Source: Euprymna scolopes
Taxonomy: Eukaryota
Direction: 5' to 3' (one strand)
NCBI GenBank assembly: GCA_053919585.1
Contig: CM132793.1
Length of the DNA stretch: 64,000 nucleotides
A program made the translations under genes and the position numbers. Of the stretch, positions 49,885 through 63,098 are shown in pieces; position 1 is the stretch's first letter, and the number at the start of each line of letters is the position of its first letter. The notes beneath the pieces were generated by a model. It did not search any database. It was not told where the DNA came from and saw nothing but the letters and a program-made list of their open reading frames with translations.

Positions 49885-52800
49885 GCCCCCCTGCAGAGAG
49901 TAAAAGTCCCTTAATGGGGCCACCTGTTGGTCGTGGGTGGCGACCCGTAATGCTCTAGAATGGGATCCTGGTGGCTGAGTATCTCATGACCCGGACCCAA
50001 GTGGCCATGAGTCTACAACACTCCACTTTGGCCCTTACTTCGGTTAGACGGGCGGTCAGTCCTTCCCGACCCGATCAATCGGCTAGTCATGCCAAGCCCT
50101 AATAATAGCAAACCCTCACAAAAAGAAATACAAATACACCACACACAAACACCTTTAAAGAACAAAAATATACTGATATTAGAAGGCGACGGCAAAGGCC
50201 AATCAAATAGTGAAACCTGATGCTACAACACCCCTTTATTATAACTTGCTGGGTCCAAGTAAATGAAGAAACCGTCATAAGCAGATACATTCACTGTTTG
50301 AGTATATCATCCTTGTATCCCTGAGGTGTTTGGGCGAAAAAAAATATAATTTATGGCTTCTAAAAAAAATAAAACGACCCCATCCAGAAAGTGGAGATGA
50401 ATCAGACACGGATATAGAACTAGACAATCAGAGAATATTCCCAAGGTTCATTGTTTTGGAATGTATGGAGGGCAGTACTCCAATCACCAAATTGTCCCCA
50501 TTCATTATCAAAAAAGAAATTAGATCGATAACCAAAACTACACAAATCAAAAAGCTAAAAAACAACACCCTCCTAATAGAAGTACCAAACAAACTCTCAG
50601 CAAATACACTCCTAAATCAAAACCACAACCTCAAAATAAAAGCCTACCCCCACATCACCTTGAATTCTTCAAAGGGTGTGATAAAGAGCCCAAAACTAGC
50701 ACTCTGCTCGCCAGAAGAAATTAAAAATAACTTAAAGGAGCAAGGAGTCACAGAAATCAAAAGAATAAGCATTAAAAAAAATAACCAAACTATCCCAACA
50801 AACACTTATATCTTAAATTTCAATACTCCCAAACCTCCCACAGAAATAAAAATTGGCTATATTATAGAAAAGGTAGAAATCTATATTCCAAACCCATTAC
50901 GATGCCACAATTGGAATAAATTCGACCACCACAAAGATAGATGCACCAGACCACCAAAATGCATAAATTGTGGTGGAATTGGGGAACACATAAACTGCGA
51001 AATGCCAGTAAAATGTGCAAACTGCAAGCAAAACTATGCAGCTGATTAAAAGGAATGCGAAGTTTGGAAAAAGGAAAAACTTATAACAAAAATCAAACAC
51101 ACCAGAAATCTACCATATCCGGAGGCAAGAAGACTAGTTGAAGGCACACCAGATTCCCCAACATACTCAAGTATTGTAAAAACCACAAATAGCCCAACCT
51201 CAAAACAAGAGACAGTACAAAACAACCTAATTGAACTGATGAAAGAATTAAAGTTACTAGTGGGGACATTAAAGGAAAACATAACTGAACTAACTAAATG
51301 TGACCTGAAGGAGAATCCCCAGTCCCAGAGAGATGAAGTTGAAACTATAAACTTATCGAATACTACTACTACTAAACCCAAAGATTTTTCACCTACCAAA
51401 ACAAAACCTACTAAAGAAAACCAACATAATAAACAAAAAACAAATGGTGCTCGTTGAGGACGAAAACAAATTTGAGCACATCGAAATCAGGAGCCAAGAA
51501 AGGCACTCAAGACAAAAAAAATCAAATAATACTCAATCAGGAAAAACATACCTCATAGCAAAATAAATATAAAAACAAAACTACAAGCAATAGCAGTTCA
51601 AATTACATTACATAAAACTATCACTATCTGTTCCATATACATACTCCCAAACGAAACTATAAATACCAAAGAAATAAACGACCTTATAGAACAACTCCCC
51701 AAACCCTACCTTTTGCTGAGAGACTTCAACAGCCACAACCCAATATGGGGTAGCAAAAAGCTAGACCCCAAAGGCAAAACATTGGAAACACTCATAAACA
51801 ACACAAATTTATGCTTACTAAACAACAAAACATCAACCTATCTAAACCCCGCCACTGGATCAGGATCATCGATAGACTTAAGCTTATGTGATTCAAAAAC
51901 TTTTACGGACTTTACATGGGAAATAAGATGATACATATGAAAGTGATCACTTCCCAATCGTACTGGAAACATCCACCCTGAATGAGGAAACTCCCATACA
52001 CTGGAAACTAAAAAGAGCAAACTGGGAGAAATTCCAAAGAGAATGCAAAAAAAGATTAATAAGAAACAAAAATCAAGATCTAGAAGATAATCGCTTTACA
52101 GAAACCCTTACCACTATAGCAAAGGAATGCATACCTAAAGGACAAACAAAGGCATCGAGAAATAAACCATGGTTCAATGAAGATTGCCAAAAAGCAACAA
52201 CACTCCGATGTGCAGCTCTACAAAAATTCAAGTCTACACCAACTACCCAAAATTTAATTGAGTTTAAAAAACTGAGCAAAATCATGCAGAACAATAAAAG
52301 AAGCCAAAAAAGAAAGCTGGAAAGACTATGTAAGTAAACTCAACACAAATGCAAAACCCAAACAAATTTGGGAAATGGTAAGCAAAATTTCTGGAAAACC
52401 TCAAACCTCCACTATAAGACATCTTGTAACAGGACAAAATAAAACCACCACTAAAACAGAAATAGCAAATTTACTGGCCAAAACCTATGCAGAAAACTGC
52501 AAAACAAATAATAATCAACAATTCCAGAAAATCAAAACAAAAAAGGAAAGAACAAAATTAAATTTTTCATCTAATAACATGGAACACTACAACAAGCTGT
52601 TCACTATAACAGAGTTAAAAAACTCAATAGAAATGTCACACAACACAGCAGAGGGACCTGACGAAATCCGATACGAATTCATCAAACAACTCCCCCAGGA
52701 ATCCCTTGAATATTTACTACACATGTACAATAACATTTGGACAACGGGGAAAACTACCAAAAACCTGGAAGACAACAACAATTATACCCATCACTAAGCC

Positions 52801-54227
52801 AAACAAGGACCATAGCAACCCACAAAACTATAGACCAATAGCCTTAACTAGCTGCTTATGTAAAACAGTTGAACGCATGATAAATAACAGACTAGTCTGG
52901 TATTTGGAAAAGAATAATAAAATAACCAAATATTAATGCTGCTTCAGGGAAAAAATGAGCACAAATACAACTTAATTAGACTGGAAACCTACATTAGAGA
53001 AGCTAACATAAAAAAGAACACCTTGTCGCCATCTTTTTCGACTTAAAAAAAACATACGACACCACTTGGAAATATCTACACAAACTCGGACTAAGAGGCA
53101 ATCTCCAATATTCATCCAAAACTTCCTGTCAGATAGAATCTTTAGAACAAAAATAGGACCAATGCTGTCAAAACCAGAAAAACAAATAGGAATCCCACAA
53201 GGTAGCATACTTTCAGTTACTCTATTCAATATAAAAATAAATGACATAATCAAATCAATCAAAACTACCAAAAGAAAAAGACTACCAAATGAAGCATCTA
53301 TCTTTAGTGCTGAAGCAACTGCCATAGATATGGCACTTGACATCATAAGAGACCACAACCAAAAATTTATCATCTTCTCTGACTCATTATCTGTATTAAT
53401 AGCCCTAAAAGGGAAAAAACTAGAAAACCCTCTAATAATATAATGAATAAAATAAACAATCTAGAAAAAAGAAAAGAAATCATACTCTGCTGGATACCAA
53501 GCCACATAGGTATAAAAGGAGAGACAAAGCTGACCTAGCAGCAAAGTCATCCCTAAAAATGACCATAGATAAAAATCTCAAAATTCCCAATACAGACATG
53601 AAATCAACAATAAACATTTAAGAGAAATGGCAAAACAAAGAAAACAAACTCTTCAAAATAACACCCAAACTTAAAAAAATGGACACAGAAAAAAAAAAAA
53701 TAATAAACAGAAGAGAAGTCATACTAAATCGACTCCACATTAGGACATACACATCTAACCCACAATTATTTATTAAAACAAGAACAACCAAAGTGCCAAT
53801 GTGGATACTTACTGACTATAAAACATATTTGAGGATTGTAAAAATACCAAAATTATAAGAGGAAAATATTTTAACAAAAGAAAATTAGGAAAAATACTCC
53901 AAGAAGTCGAACCAAAAATAATTATGGATTTCCTTAAAAAAATTGGAATATATGACAAAATTTAAACATTTATTACAACAAATGAGAAAATATAAAAAAC
54001 ATCTAAACACACAACAAACAAATTATCAATATATAATAAAACTATGCAAAGCAAGTATAGCTATCTACAAAATAATCCCCTCAATATGAAATAATTCTGA
54101 AGACTAGGACCAAATCAAGCAACATAAATAAACATCTGAAGAAATCTGTAAGAACCTGAAGGTTTTATTCCCCCCAAAGGAGTCGGCATTAAATAACCGA
54201 AAAGGTTTGATATGCCGTAAAACAACC
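49885..54227 (+). mobile_element. Near full-length but defective I-group (Nimb/I-like) LINE: ORF1 gag-like, ORF2 APE-RT-RNase H
   Basis: ORF1 ~50353-51457 with PNPLRC..., CINCGG..H..C and CANC zinc knuckles (stop at 51047). APE DFNSHNPIWGS, IDLSLC, SDHFPI. RT GPDEI, NYRPIALTSCLCKTVERMIN, PQGSILS. RNase H SIFSAEA, FSDSLS, WIPSHIG. Many frameshifts and an internal deletion removing the YADD region. Confidence 0.92.
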
Positions 54228-55073
54228 AAATTTATGAAAAGCGATAAGGTAGAAAATTATTAATGAAAATAGTTTTCGAAGACAATTTGCAAAAATTAAG
54301 TTTTGCTAGATTGGAAAAAGATTTTTAATTTTCAGAAAATATTTGCATTTTTGTTACAAGTAGAACTCAACGATTTTGTATTTTGCAAAATTCAATTTTT
54401 GCTAATTGTCTTTGAAAATATATAATTACATGCCGAAATCCAATTATTTTGACATATAAATGAAACTGATATAAGGGAGACAACTCTATACTTTTATTTG
54501 TTTGTTGGAAGTAACCCCCCTTGATGTGAATAATGTTGCTTTGGATGAGTGATTTTCTGGCTAATTTTTAATCATCGTTGGATGCACCAGAAATATTATA
54601 CCGATGAGGAAACATAATTTTAAAAGTTTAATATACAACAAAACATTATTTCCTGTCTTATGTACACTGGAGCAATACATATTTTGCTTGTATCACATTC
54701 ACAATTTAGAGTAGTCTTAGTTCTCTCAATACCGATCTAATTGCATAACTCTGTTATTTCTATAGCACCTTTCTTTCATATCATTTTACAGATAATGCCC
54801 CCTGGTTTTAACAAAATTCCTAGTTCTTGTCCAGAATTACTCTTATATTAAATATTTAAAAAAAAAAAATGTATGATGTACAGACACATGATTAAATGAA
54901 AGTATAATTAAAATATTTCATGAATTGATTAAGTAGTTTTATTTTTATAAAGAAAAACATTTTTAAGCTATTAATGAAAATTCATAGGCATTACAACATA
55001 TATAGTATGAATCGTTGAGTTATCTCCCTTTCTGAGATTTTTTTTTCAAAATCAGTCACGGTCACTCCTTGGC

Positions 55074-55105
<32 letters not shown>

Positions 55106-58100
55106 GGCATCACCACATTATCAAGGCCCAGAGGCCACTCAAGGATAAGGGTTAAAGAGTGTACAGTAGAAATTGGTCAATATAGTAATCATTAGTAATG
55201 AAAATTTGGTAAATTTAATAACTTATATGGAACGGCTCATCAAGAACTTATTTACTTTAGACTTGAACACAACCATATTGTAGTCAGCCGGAAAGCAGGA
55301 AAACGGAAGACAATTCCACAGGCGTGCAGTTCTAAGAAAGAAGCTTTGTTCATGGAATCTACGTTTAGGTTTAAGCACAGATAAAGAATGGGGGAAATTA
55401 TTGATAGTGTTTACAGCTAGATGAGTGTTTCTTGTGAAAGTTTGGCGAGGGGGGACCATAGATTGAAGCTCAGTTGAACACTTTCCATGAAAATAACGAT
55501 ACATCAGAGACAAACTCGCAACATCTCTTCTGTGAGATAGAGGTTGCAAGGAGGAGAAAAGGACATCTCCTACGAGGCTACGAAGTCTATTTTGAACTCT
55601 ATCAAGGCAGGACAAGTCCTTTCTAGCAGCTCCTGCCCAGATGTGGCAACAGTATTCCATCCTTGGACGTACCTGGCTCTTATATAGATAGAGAATAGCA
55701 TCAGCAGTGAGATATCTACTGGATCGATAGAAAGATCCCACCATTTTTCCAGCGGCCTTGGCAACAGATTTGATATACGTGTTCCATTTAAGATCAGGAG
55801 TAATGGTCAAGCCCAGAAGCTTGTCAAAACTTGAGGCCTCCTGAAGACGAGAGCCATTCATTTCAATTGATGACAAATGTGGATTAGAATGTTGATGATG
55901 TAAAGAGAGAAGCTTGGTTTTAGATGCATTAAAAGTAACCAACCACTCCTTTCCCCATTGTACTACGTGCTCAAGATCAGAGGAGAGAGAATTGGAGAGA
56001 ACTTGGTCGTTTACTGTCTTAGATGTGGTACCATAAATGGTAGTGTCGTCAGCATAAATGTCTACAAATGATGTAAGGATATGATTTGGAAGATCATTAA
56101 TGTAGATCAGGAAAAGAGTTGGGCCCAGGATGGATCCCTGAGGGACACCGGCATTAATACTGTGAGCTTCTGATTTTTGCCCCTCAACTACTTCTCTTAT
56201 GAACCTATCAGAAAGAAATGATTTAATAATTGAGAAGACTTTTCCAGCTATACCATAGCTAGCGATCTTATGAAGTAAAGCTTTATGCCATACCCTATCA
56301 AAGGCTTTAGATATGTCAAGAGCAATTGCCCTAGAAAGATTGCCACCGTCGAGAGATTTGCTAATCCTATGCGATATAACTGTAAGGACATCTGTTGTAG
56401 ATCTAGCAGAACGGAAACCATATTGAGTGTCACTAAGAAGGTTATTTTTGTTGAGATGTTTGATTACTTCTGTATTTAACACAGATTCTAGCAACTTACT
56501 CATGACGCACAGGAGACTTATTGGCCTGTACTGAGAGGGGGATGAGCGATCACCTGAATTCTTAAATACAGGGCATACTGATGAGATTTTCCAGGGAGAT
56601 GGGAAACTATTCTCCTTAAGACAACGTTTAAACAGTTTTGTAAGTATGGGCGCTAATTCAGGTTGAAGTTTTTTTGAGTACTATAATTGGAATACCATCA
56701 GGGCCAGTTGCTTTACTGGAATCAAGGTTTTTGATTAGCTTGGCAACATCACGTACAGATATATGTATATCACATAGCGTGTTTTCTGATACAGGAGGAA
56801 ATATTGGGGGTTGGCGGTCTTGGTCGCAAAGGGTAGAATTAGCTGCAAAGTTCTTGACAAAGAGTTTGGCTTTGTCTGATGCTGACGAGATTACCTCAGG
56901 TCCATTGATAATAGTTGGGATGGAGCACACACTACTGTTCAGGATTCTGTTTGCTATTTGCCAAAACTGGTGGGAACCAAGCCGCTGCTCAGCTACTTTG
57001 GACTTAACAGATTGAGCATACAACACTCTTGCGTTCCTTATTACTTTCTTACAATGGTTGCTGGCAGTCCTGAAAACGGCTTTAGTTTCCATACATCTAT
57101 TACGTTTGAAGCAGTGGAAAAAGTGATTTCTGTGCGCAATGGCAGCAGCACATTCTGGAGAGAACCATGGCTGACTGTTAGGTTTTTGCTGAAACTTTTT
57201 AGAGGGTATGAAATGGTCAATACCTACAATTAACCATTCAGTTAGGTCTAATACTATAGAGGACACATCCTTTTTAAACATGGAATGCAGAGGTAGATCA
57301 GATATAAATGTACGGAAGCTATCCCAGTCAGCCTTAGTGTATCGATATACTGTACGATGAAGAGGTACGTCTGGGGACTTATTACATTTTATTTTTATCT
57401 TAATTGATACAACAGAGTGGTCGGAAGATCCAAGAGGCGACAGAACAGAAACTGAACATAGTTCAGGGCAAGTTGTGAGAAAAAGGTCTAGTAGGCTCGC
57501 ATACTGGCCGTCATTATCGGGCACACGGGTAGGTTCCTGAACAATCTGAGTGAGGTCATAGGCAATGGAGAAATCATGACAGAACCTCCCCTCATCATCG
57601 GTCTTGTTTGAGTGGGTCAACCATTCGACGTTGTGAACATTGAAGTCTCCACATACGTGAATGTTAGCTGAAGGATAAGTAGAAAGGACTTGGTCAATTT
57701 TCTCAGATATGCTTTGAAAGATAGTAACTCCGCTGTTGTGGGGGCGATAGAGAGTAAATATAAATGCAGTAGTATGAGCTAAAGCAACCCGGAAGCACAT
57801 ATAGGGTAAGTTAGGATCTTCCCTGGAGATGTCCCTCCCACATGGAAAGCTATCTTTAATATAGGCACATATTCCATGCCCATGGCGATCTTGGGGGTCA
57901 GATTTAGAAGTTAAGTTAGAGTATCCTGAAATTGCAAACTCATCTAGGGAAATAGCCTGTCCAATGCCAGTTTCACTTAAAAATAAAAGGTCTGGTTTAG
58001 TCTCCTGTAATTGGGTTTCAACCTCTGGAAGGTTAGAACGAAGACCCCTGATGTTGGAGAAGGAGACATGGTAGTAGGGGTCTACGTTGGAAGTTGGAGA

Positions 58101-58706
58101 ACCGGGTTTAATCGTGTATTTTTTCTTGAAACTTGTCATGATGAAATTTTGGAATTTGTGGACTAGGTCGACAGATTTACTTAGAGCAGGACAGAGAGGG
58201 GAAATTAAGAGAGAAAAAGAAATGAAGAATTTTTTTTTTTTTTTTTTTTTTTTATTTGTAGCTAATGATAAGGTAAAGCCATAACAATTACCCACTAGTA
58301 TGGTATCGAGAGGCCCCACCAGAAGCTACTGCATGGTCCAGAATCCATTCACCAAATGGCAATACAGCAGCCCCAGTACTTTGCACCTGCTGATAGGACA
58401 GCCTCCTTAGTGGTTAATCCAAGGTTCGGGTCCCTGACTATCAGGCGGATAACGTCAGCCCAGACAAAACGTTTACCTCCAGCACCCTTACTAGTGACAT
58501 GGCTACAAGGATAGACATAGAAACAGAAAATTTCCGCCATCTCAGCCAACTGTTCGCAAAAATACTGCCAACCTAGAAAACAGCTTTTTCTTCTCCCTTT
58601 GTCCGAAAAATCACTCATTTAAAAAATGAGGACTGAGGGACAAATAAGAAGAAGCGAGAGTAACAGGAGCTGCCGATAACGCATCCACAATGCGTTTTCT
58701 ACTCTC
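55074..58706 (-). mobile_element. Near-intact single-ORF CR1-Zenon-like LINE (APE + RT) with poly(A) tail
   Basis: APE (SNIRGLRSN, LSET, GDFN, LDLF, SDH) in ORF 56658-58319 and RT (QYGFR, LDISKAFDRV, PQGSILGP, YADD) in ORF 55223-56503, separated by one +1 frameshift in a T7 run at 56669-56675. Poly(T) at 55074-55100; no ORF1. Confidence 0.93.
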
Positions 58707-58707
58707 C

Positions 58708-58742
<35 letters not shown>

Positions 58743-59248
58743 ATTAAGTATTGTACTTAATAAAAGTCCAACTGACGTGTTTAAGAGAAAGTATGGTGAT
58801 AGATTCCCCTCACACGAACTAAAAATGAGTATAATTCGTAATTTTTGCTATCAACTCGGTAGATAAATAAACATATGTACGGGGGGGGGGGGAAGCTAGC
58901 ATTTAATAAAACGGAAATACACAAATTAAATACTGAAATAAAATGGAGTTGTTAATATTTTATGGCTTCTCATAAAATTTGATTTTCTTGTTTAAAAATA
59001 AAACTTTTTAACAGCATTATTTTGTTTACACCATTTTTTTATTTTTATTTTTTAATGTTTTAATTTTTTAACAATTTTACCCTACATTCTCCATATTCCA
59101 ATTATGCTATTGTCTGTCCAATCAATACTAGTCAGAATTCCTACTCAAATTTTGCTTTAAATATTTTACTTTTCTTTTGTAAAATTCATCTCTTTCTTTG
59201 ATTCTAGTTTTGCAAAAAGTAAAAACTAGTTTTACTGACCAAGCTATG

Positions 59249-59280
<32 letters not shown>

Positions 59281-60382
59281 GTGATCACCACTTACCAAGG
59301 CCCGGAAGCCACTCAGGGATAAGGGTTATAGCAAGTACATTACGTTAGTGTGGAGATTTGATGAAGTGAAGGGGACGGTTCATTAGGAATTTGTTAACGT
59401 TGGACTTAAAGACATCCAAGTTGTAGTCCGGTGGGAAGCAGGCAGACGCAACAGAGTTCCACAGGCGTGCAGTTCTAAGAAAGAAGCTTTGTTCATGGAA
59501 TCTGCATTTTGATTTAGGCACAGATATAGAGTGGGGGAAATTTTTCACAGTGGATTCAGCTAGACGGGTGTTTTTAGTGAAAGATTGGCGAGGGGGGACC
59601 AGAGATTGGAGTTCAGACGAGCACTTGCCATCGAAATAACGATAAAACAAGGATAGGCTCGCAACGTCTCTTCTGTGGGAGAGAGGTTGCAGGGTAGAGA
59701 AAAGGACATCCCCCACTAAGCCACAAAGTCTATTTTGTACTCTGTCAAGGCAGGATAGGCTGTTTTTAGCAGCTCCTGCCCATATATGGCAACAGTATTC
59801 CATCCTTGGACGTACTTGGCTTTTATATAGATAGAGAATTGCATCAGTAGTAAGATATCTTCTGGAGCAGTAGAAGGATTCCACCATCTTTCCAGCGATC
59901 TTGGCAACAGACTTGATGTACATGTTCCATTAAAGTACATTAATGTACATGTTCCATTAAAGGTCAAACCCAGAAGCTTGTCAAAACACGGGGCCTCACC
60001 AAGACGAGAGCCATCCATCACAATTGATGCCAGCTGGGGATCAGAGCGTTGATGATGTAAAGATAGGAGTTTGGTTTTGGATGCATTAAAGGTAACCAGC
60101 CACATCTTTCCCTACTGAACCACGCGCTCGAGATCAGAGGAGAGAGAATCAGAGAGAACTTTGTCATTTACAGCCTTTGAGGTATTGCTGTAGATTGTCG
60201 TGTCATCAGCATAGATGTCAACGAATGATTTAAGTATGTGTTTAGGGAGGTCATTGATCTAGATCAGAAAGAGAGTTGGGCCTAGGATTGACCCCTGAGG
60301 GACTCCAGCATTTATATTGCAGGCCTCCGATTTTTGTCCATCTACCACTACTCTTATGAGCCTATCGGAGAGAAATGATCTA
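59249..60382 (-). mobile_element. 5'-truncated CR1-Zenon-like LINE, related subfamily
   Basis: PQGSILGP, YADD and LYKSQVRPRMEYCCHIWAGA homologous to 55223-56503. Small duplication/deletion at ~59915-59960; same 3' UTR motif and poly(A). Confidence 0.92.
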
Positions 60383-61574
60383 ACTCTGTTCCGACATTTC
60401 TATTTTGTTTCATGCCCTGGGGCTTGTCAGTACTAAACTCCTTGTTAAAAATGAAGGAACATGGCATTAAAACAGTTTTGCAGTTGATAGGGACTTCTGT
60501 TAAAATTGGACTTTTTTTTTTTAATGTATGGTAGCAATTGTTAGATTATCTTTTCGGTAAATATTGAGTATAATTTATCATAGTTTATCACTTTTAAAAT
60601 AAGTATAAATTAAATTTAACTGTTAATTGTCGGCGGTCAAATGTTTAAGGTTGGAAAATTCATCTCAATTTCAAAGGCTTTTTTTTTTTTTTTTTTCTTT
60701 GGTCCATTGGTCATGCACACTCCTAGAGAAGGAAGGTATATTACGTAAATATCGCTGTACAATGAAGAACATCTGGTTAGTGTTCGGTATTCTCCGAGAT
60801 TAAAGATAAAGAAAAATTTGCATGATGTATGTACTCATGTTGAAATAAAAATCAAGTAATTTTATGAAGAATGACTGTCGTGCCTGCCAGTTGAAGGAAA
60901 TGTCAAGAAACGAAGGGAAATAACTCAATAATTTATACTTCATAGATTTATGTTGTAATGCTTACAAATTCCCATTACTACCTTTTTAAAATAATTTTCT
61001 TTATAAAAATAAAAATACTTGATTAATTTACATGATTTTTGGAATATAATCTTTTCATTTTACATCATACAAATGTTTCTTGTTTTTTAATAAAGGGGAA
61101 TTCTGGGCAAGAACTAAAAATCTTAAAAATCATTGGTAAAGATTTTAAAAAAAATATATAAATGTAAAAAAAAAAAAAAAAAAATGTTCATTGCAGACGA
61201 TCTTCAAGTCTATAAATGTTCTACTTGGTGGAAACATGATATGGATAAAAAAGGTAACATGACAATGAAAGAAATTGGAATTTGTTATTTTATTGCGTTG
61301 TAGAATTTATTTTATTGCGTTGTAGAATTTGTCAGGAAGTTGTCCAGTTCAAGTCCTATACCGCAATTAAAATTTTTTTTTACCTTTTTATCGAATAATT
61401 TAGCTTGACATACCTGAATGTCAGATATTAAATGAGTTTTGGTGTATTTATATAAAATTAAAATTTATCTTTTTTATTCCCCCCCACAAACTGGTGGAAT
61501 CACGTTTTTCCTTTCATCATACATGGCATGTTTCATTCCTTAAATAATGTTTTCTCCCCTATTTCTCTTGATAG

Positions 61575-61712
61575 ATTGCAGCTCAATCATTTATGCCTTT
61601 GTTGATGTGTCCAAGTCAAGAATGTACAACCAACAAGTCAGGAGGAAGACTTTACCTTCAAAGCAGAGGTTCTAAGTTTATAAAATATCAGGAATTAAAG
61701 ATACAAGAACAT
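61575..61712 (+). CDS. MCM7: MCM7 coding exon (probable exon 6): [46 protein letters not shown]
   Basis: tAG acceptor after a pyrimidine tract, GTAAGT donor, 138 nt, phase 0/0. [24 protein letters not shown] is diagnostic for MCM7 and completes the zinc finger. Confidence 0.97.
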
Positions 61713-62652
61713 GTAAGTTTTTTGGAAAGAAAATTTTGCATTCTCTGTTCTTTTCTTGGATTTCAGGTTAATCATGTTAAATTCTGATGCATGGAAAAAT
61801 TTAGTTCTCTCAGCGTTACAAGTTGATTTTTCTTTTTCGATAATTATTTTATCAACTTGCATGAAAAGAGCTATGTAAAAGATGCTTAAAACCGTTTGAA
61901 TAATGCAAATACCATGAGTAGTTCAAAAGTTATGAGAATTTAAATGCCAAAATTTAGGCTTTTCTGTGGACAGTTTTCTTTAGAAAAAGTGGGCTAAATT
62001 ACGGACCTCAACATTTCAAGAAATTCGGTAATTTCACCACCAGTTATTTTTCAAGATATTCTCATGAAACTTGGCAGTCTTATGTAAAATTGTATGCTCT
62101 TGTGATTATGCAGTCAAATCTGATGTATCTCTTTACCATAAGCCATGAATTGTAAATTCAGATGTACAAATTTCAATTTTTTAAAAACTGGTGCATCATA
62201 TCATACAGTGGGTGTAGTATTTAAATATAGCTTTATTTAGAATAGGCATTTTCCTGCTTTCTCACCAAAGGAGAGCTTAATCTTGGGTGTAGCCATTGAA
62301 TGCCTAAAGAACATTCATGGCCGGTATTTACTACCCACTTCAAAGAAAAAAATAAATTGAGGAGATATGAATTAATCTCAGAAATAAATCAAAGAAAATT
62401 TTTCATTATAGATTTTGGATTTCTGTAAAAGATGGAAATTCCCATGGTTGACTATGCATTTTGGGACCAATCCAATTTTTAATTTTGTAAATCCTATCTG
62501 GCCCAAAGTATATCCCTATTTTCTGAGATGCAACCCTAAATCGTACTCTACATGAATCCTTGATGTAACTTTCACAGTACCAGGATACCAAGAATCCTGA
62601 TAAGCAACAACTATATATTCACCAGTTGATGGTAATTTTTGTCATTTCTATT

Positions 62653-63098
62653 CTGTTGTTTAATGAAAATTCAATTATGTAAATAAAGAAATAAAACAGT
62701 TATTTTTTAACTTGTTTCCACCTTAACATTTAAAATTACTTCTATAGGTTTTAAGGTATGCTGAAAACGAATATCACATTTAAATTTCTGCAAATACATA
62801 AGGATAATAAGCAATGTCATTTCTTATGTTATCGCTGGTGGCCATCTTGATACGTGCAAGCGCAACCCCAAGAAACTATGCACAAACACGCATACCAAGA
62901 TGGCCACCAGCAATAACGTAAGAAATGATATTGCTTAATATCCGGAAAGCTACTTATTTGCCGTAAATTTAAATGCGATATTCGTTTTCAGCATACTCGA
63001 AAACCTTTAAAGGTAGTCATTTTAAAGAAAAATGTGAAGGTGGAAACAAGGTAAAAATTTACAAAATGCATCACAATGAAATTCTTTATTGAACCGCC
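62653..63098. mobile_element. Fold-back MITE-like long inverted repeat
   Basis: Arms cttgtttccacctt..tatgctgaaaacgaatatc..gctggtggccatcttg / caagatggccaccagc..gatattcgttttcagcata..aaggtggaaacaag around a short central loop. Confidence 0.85.

Noticed and set aside
56658-56680. Programmed ribosomal frameshift between APE and RT
   Set aside because: It needs a +1 shift, the A run is not in the phase of a -1 slippery heptamer, and APE-RT is normally one ORF. A homopolymer indel is the simpler explanation.
58349-58618. 89-aa ORF as LINE ORF1
   Set aside because: Short, with no recognisable RRM, zinc knuckle, esterase or coiled coil; treated as 5' UTR.
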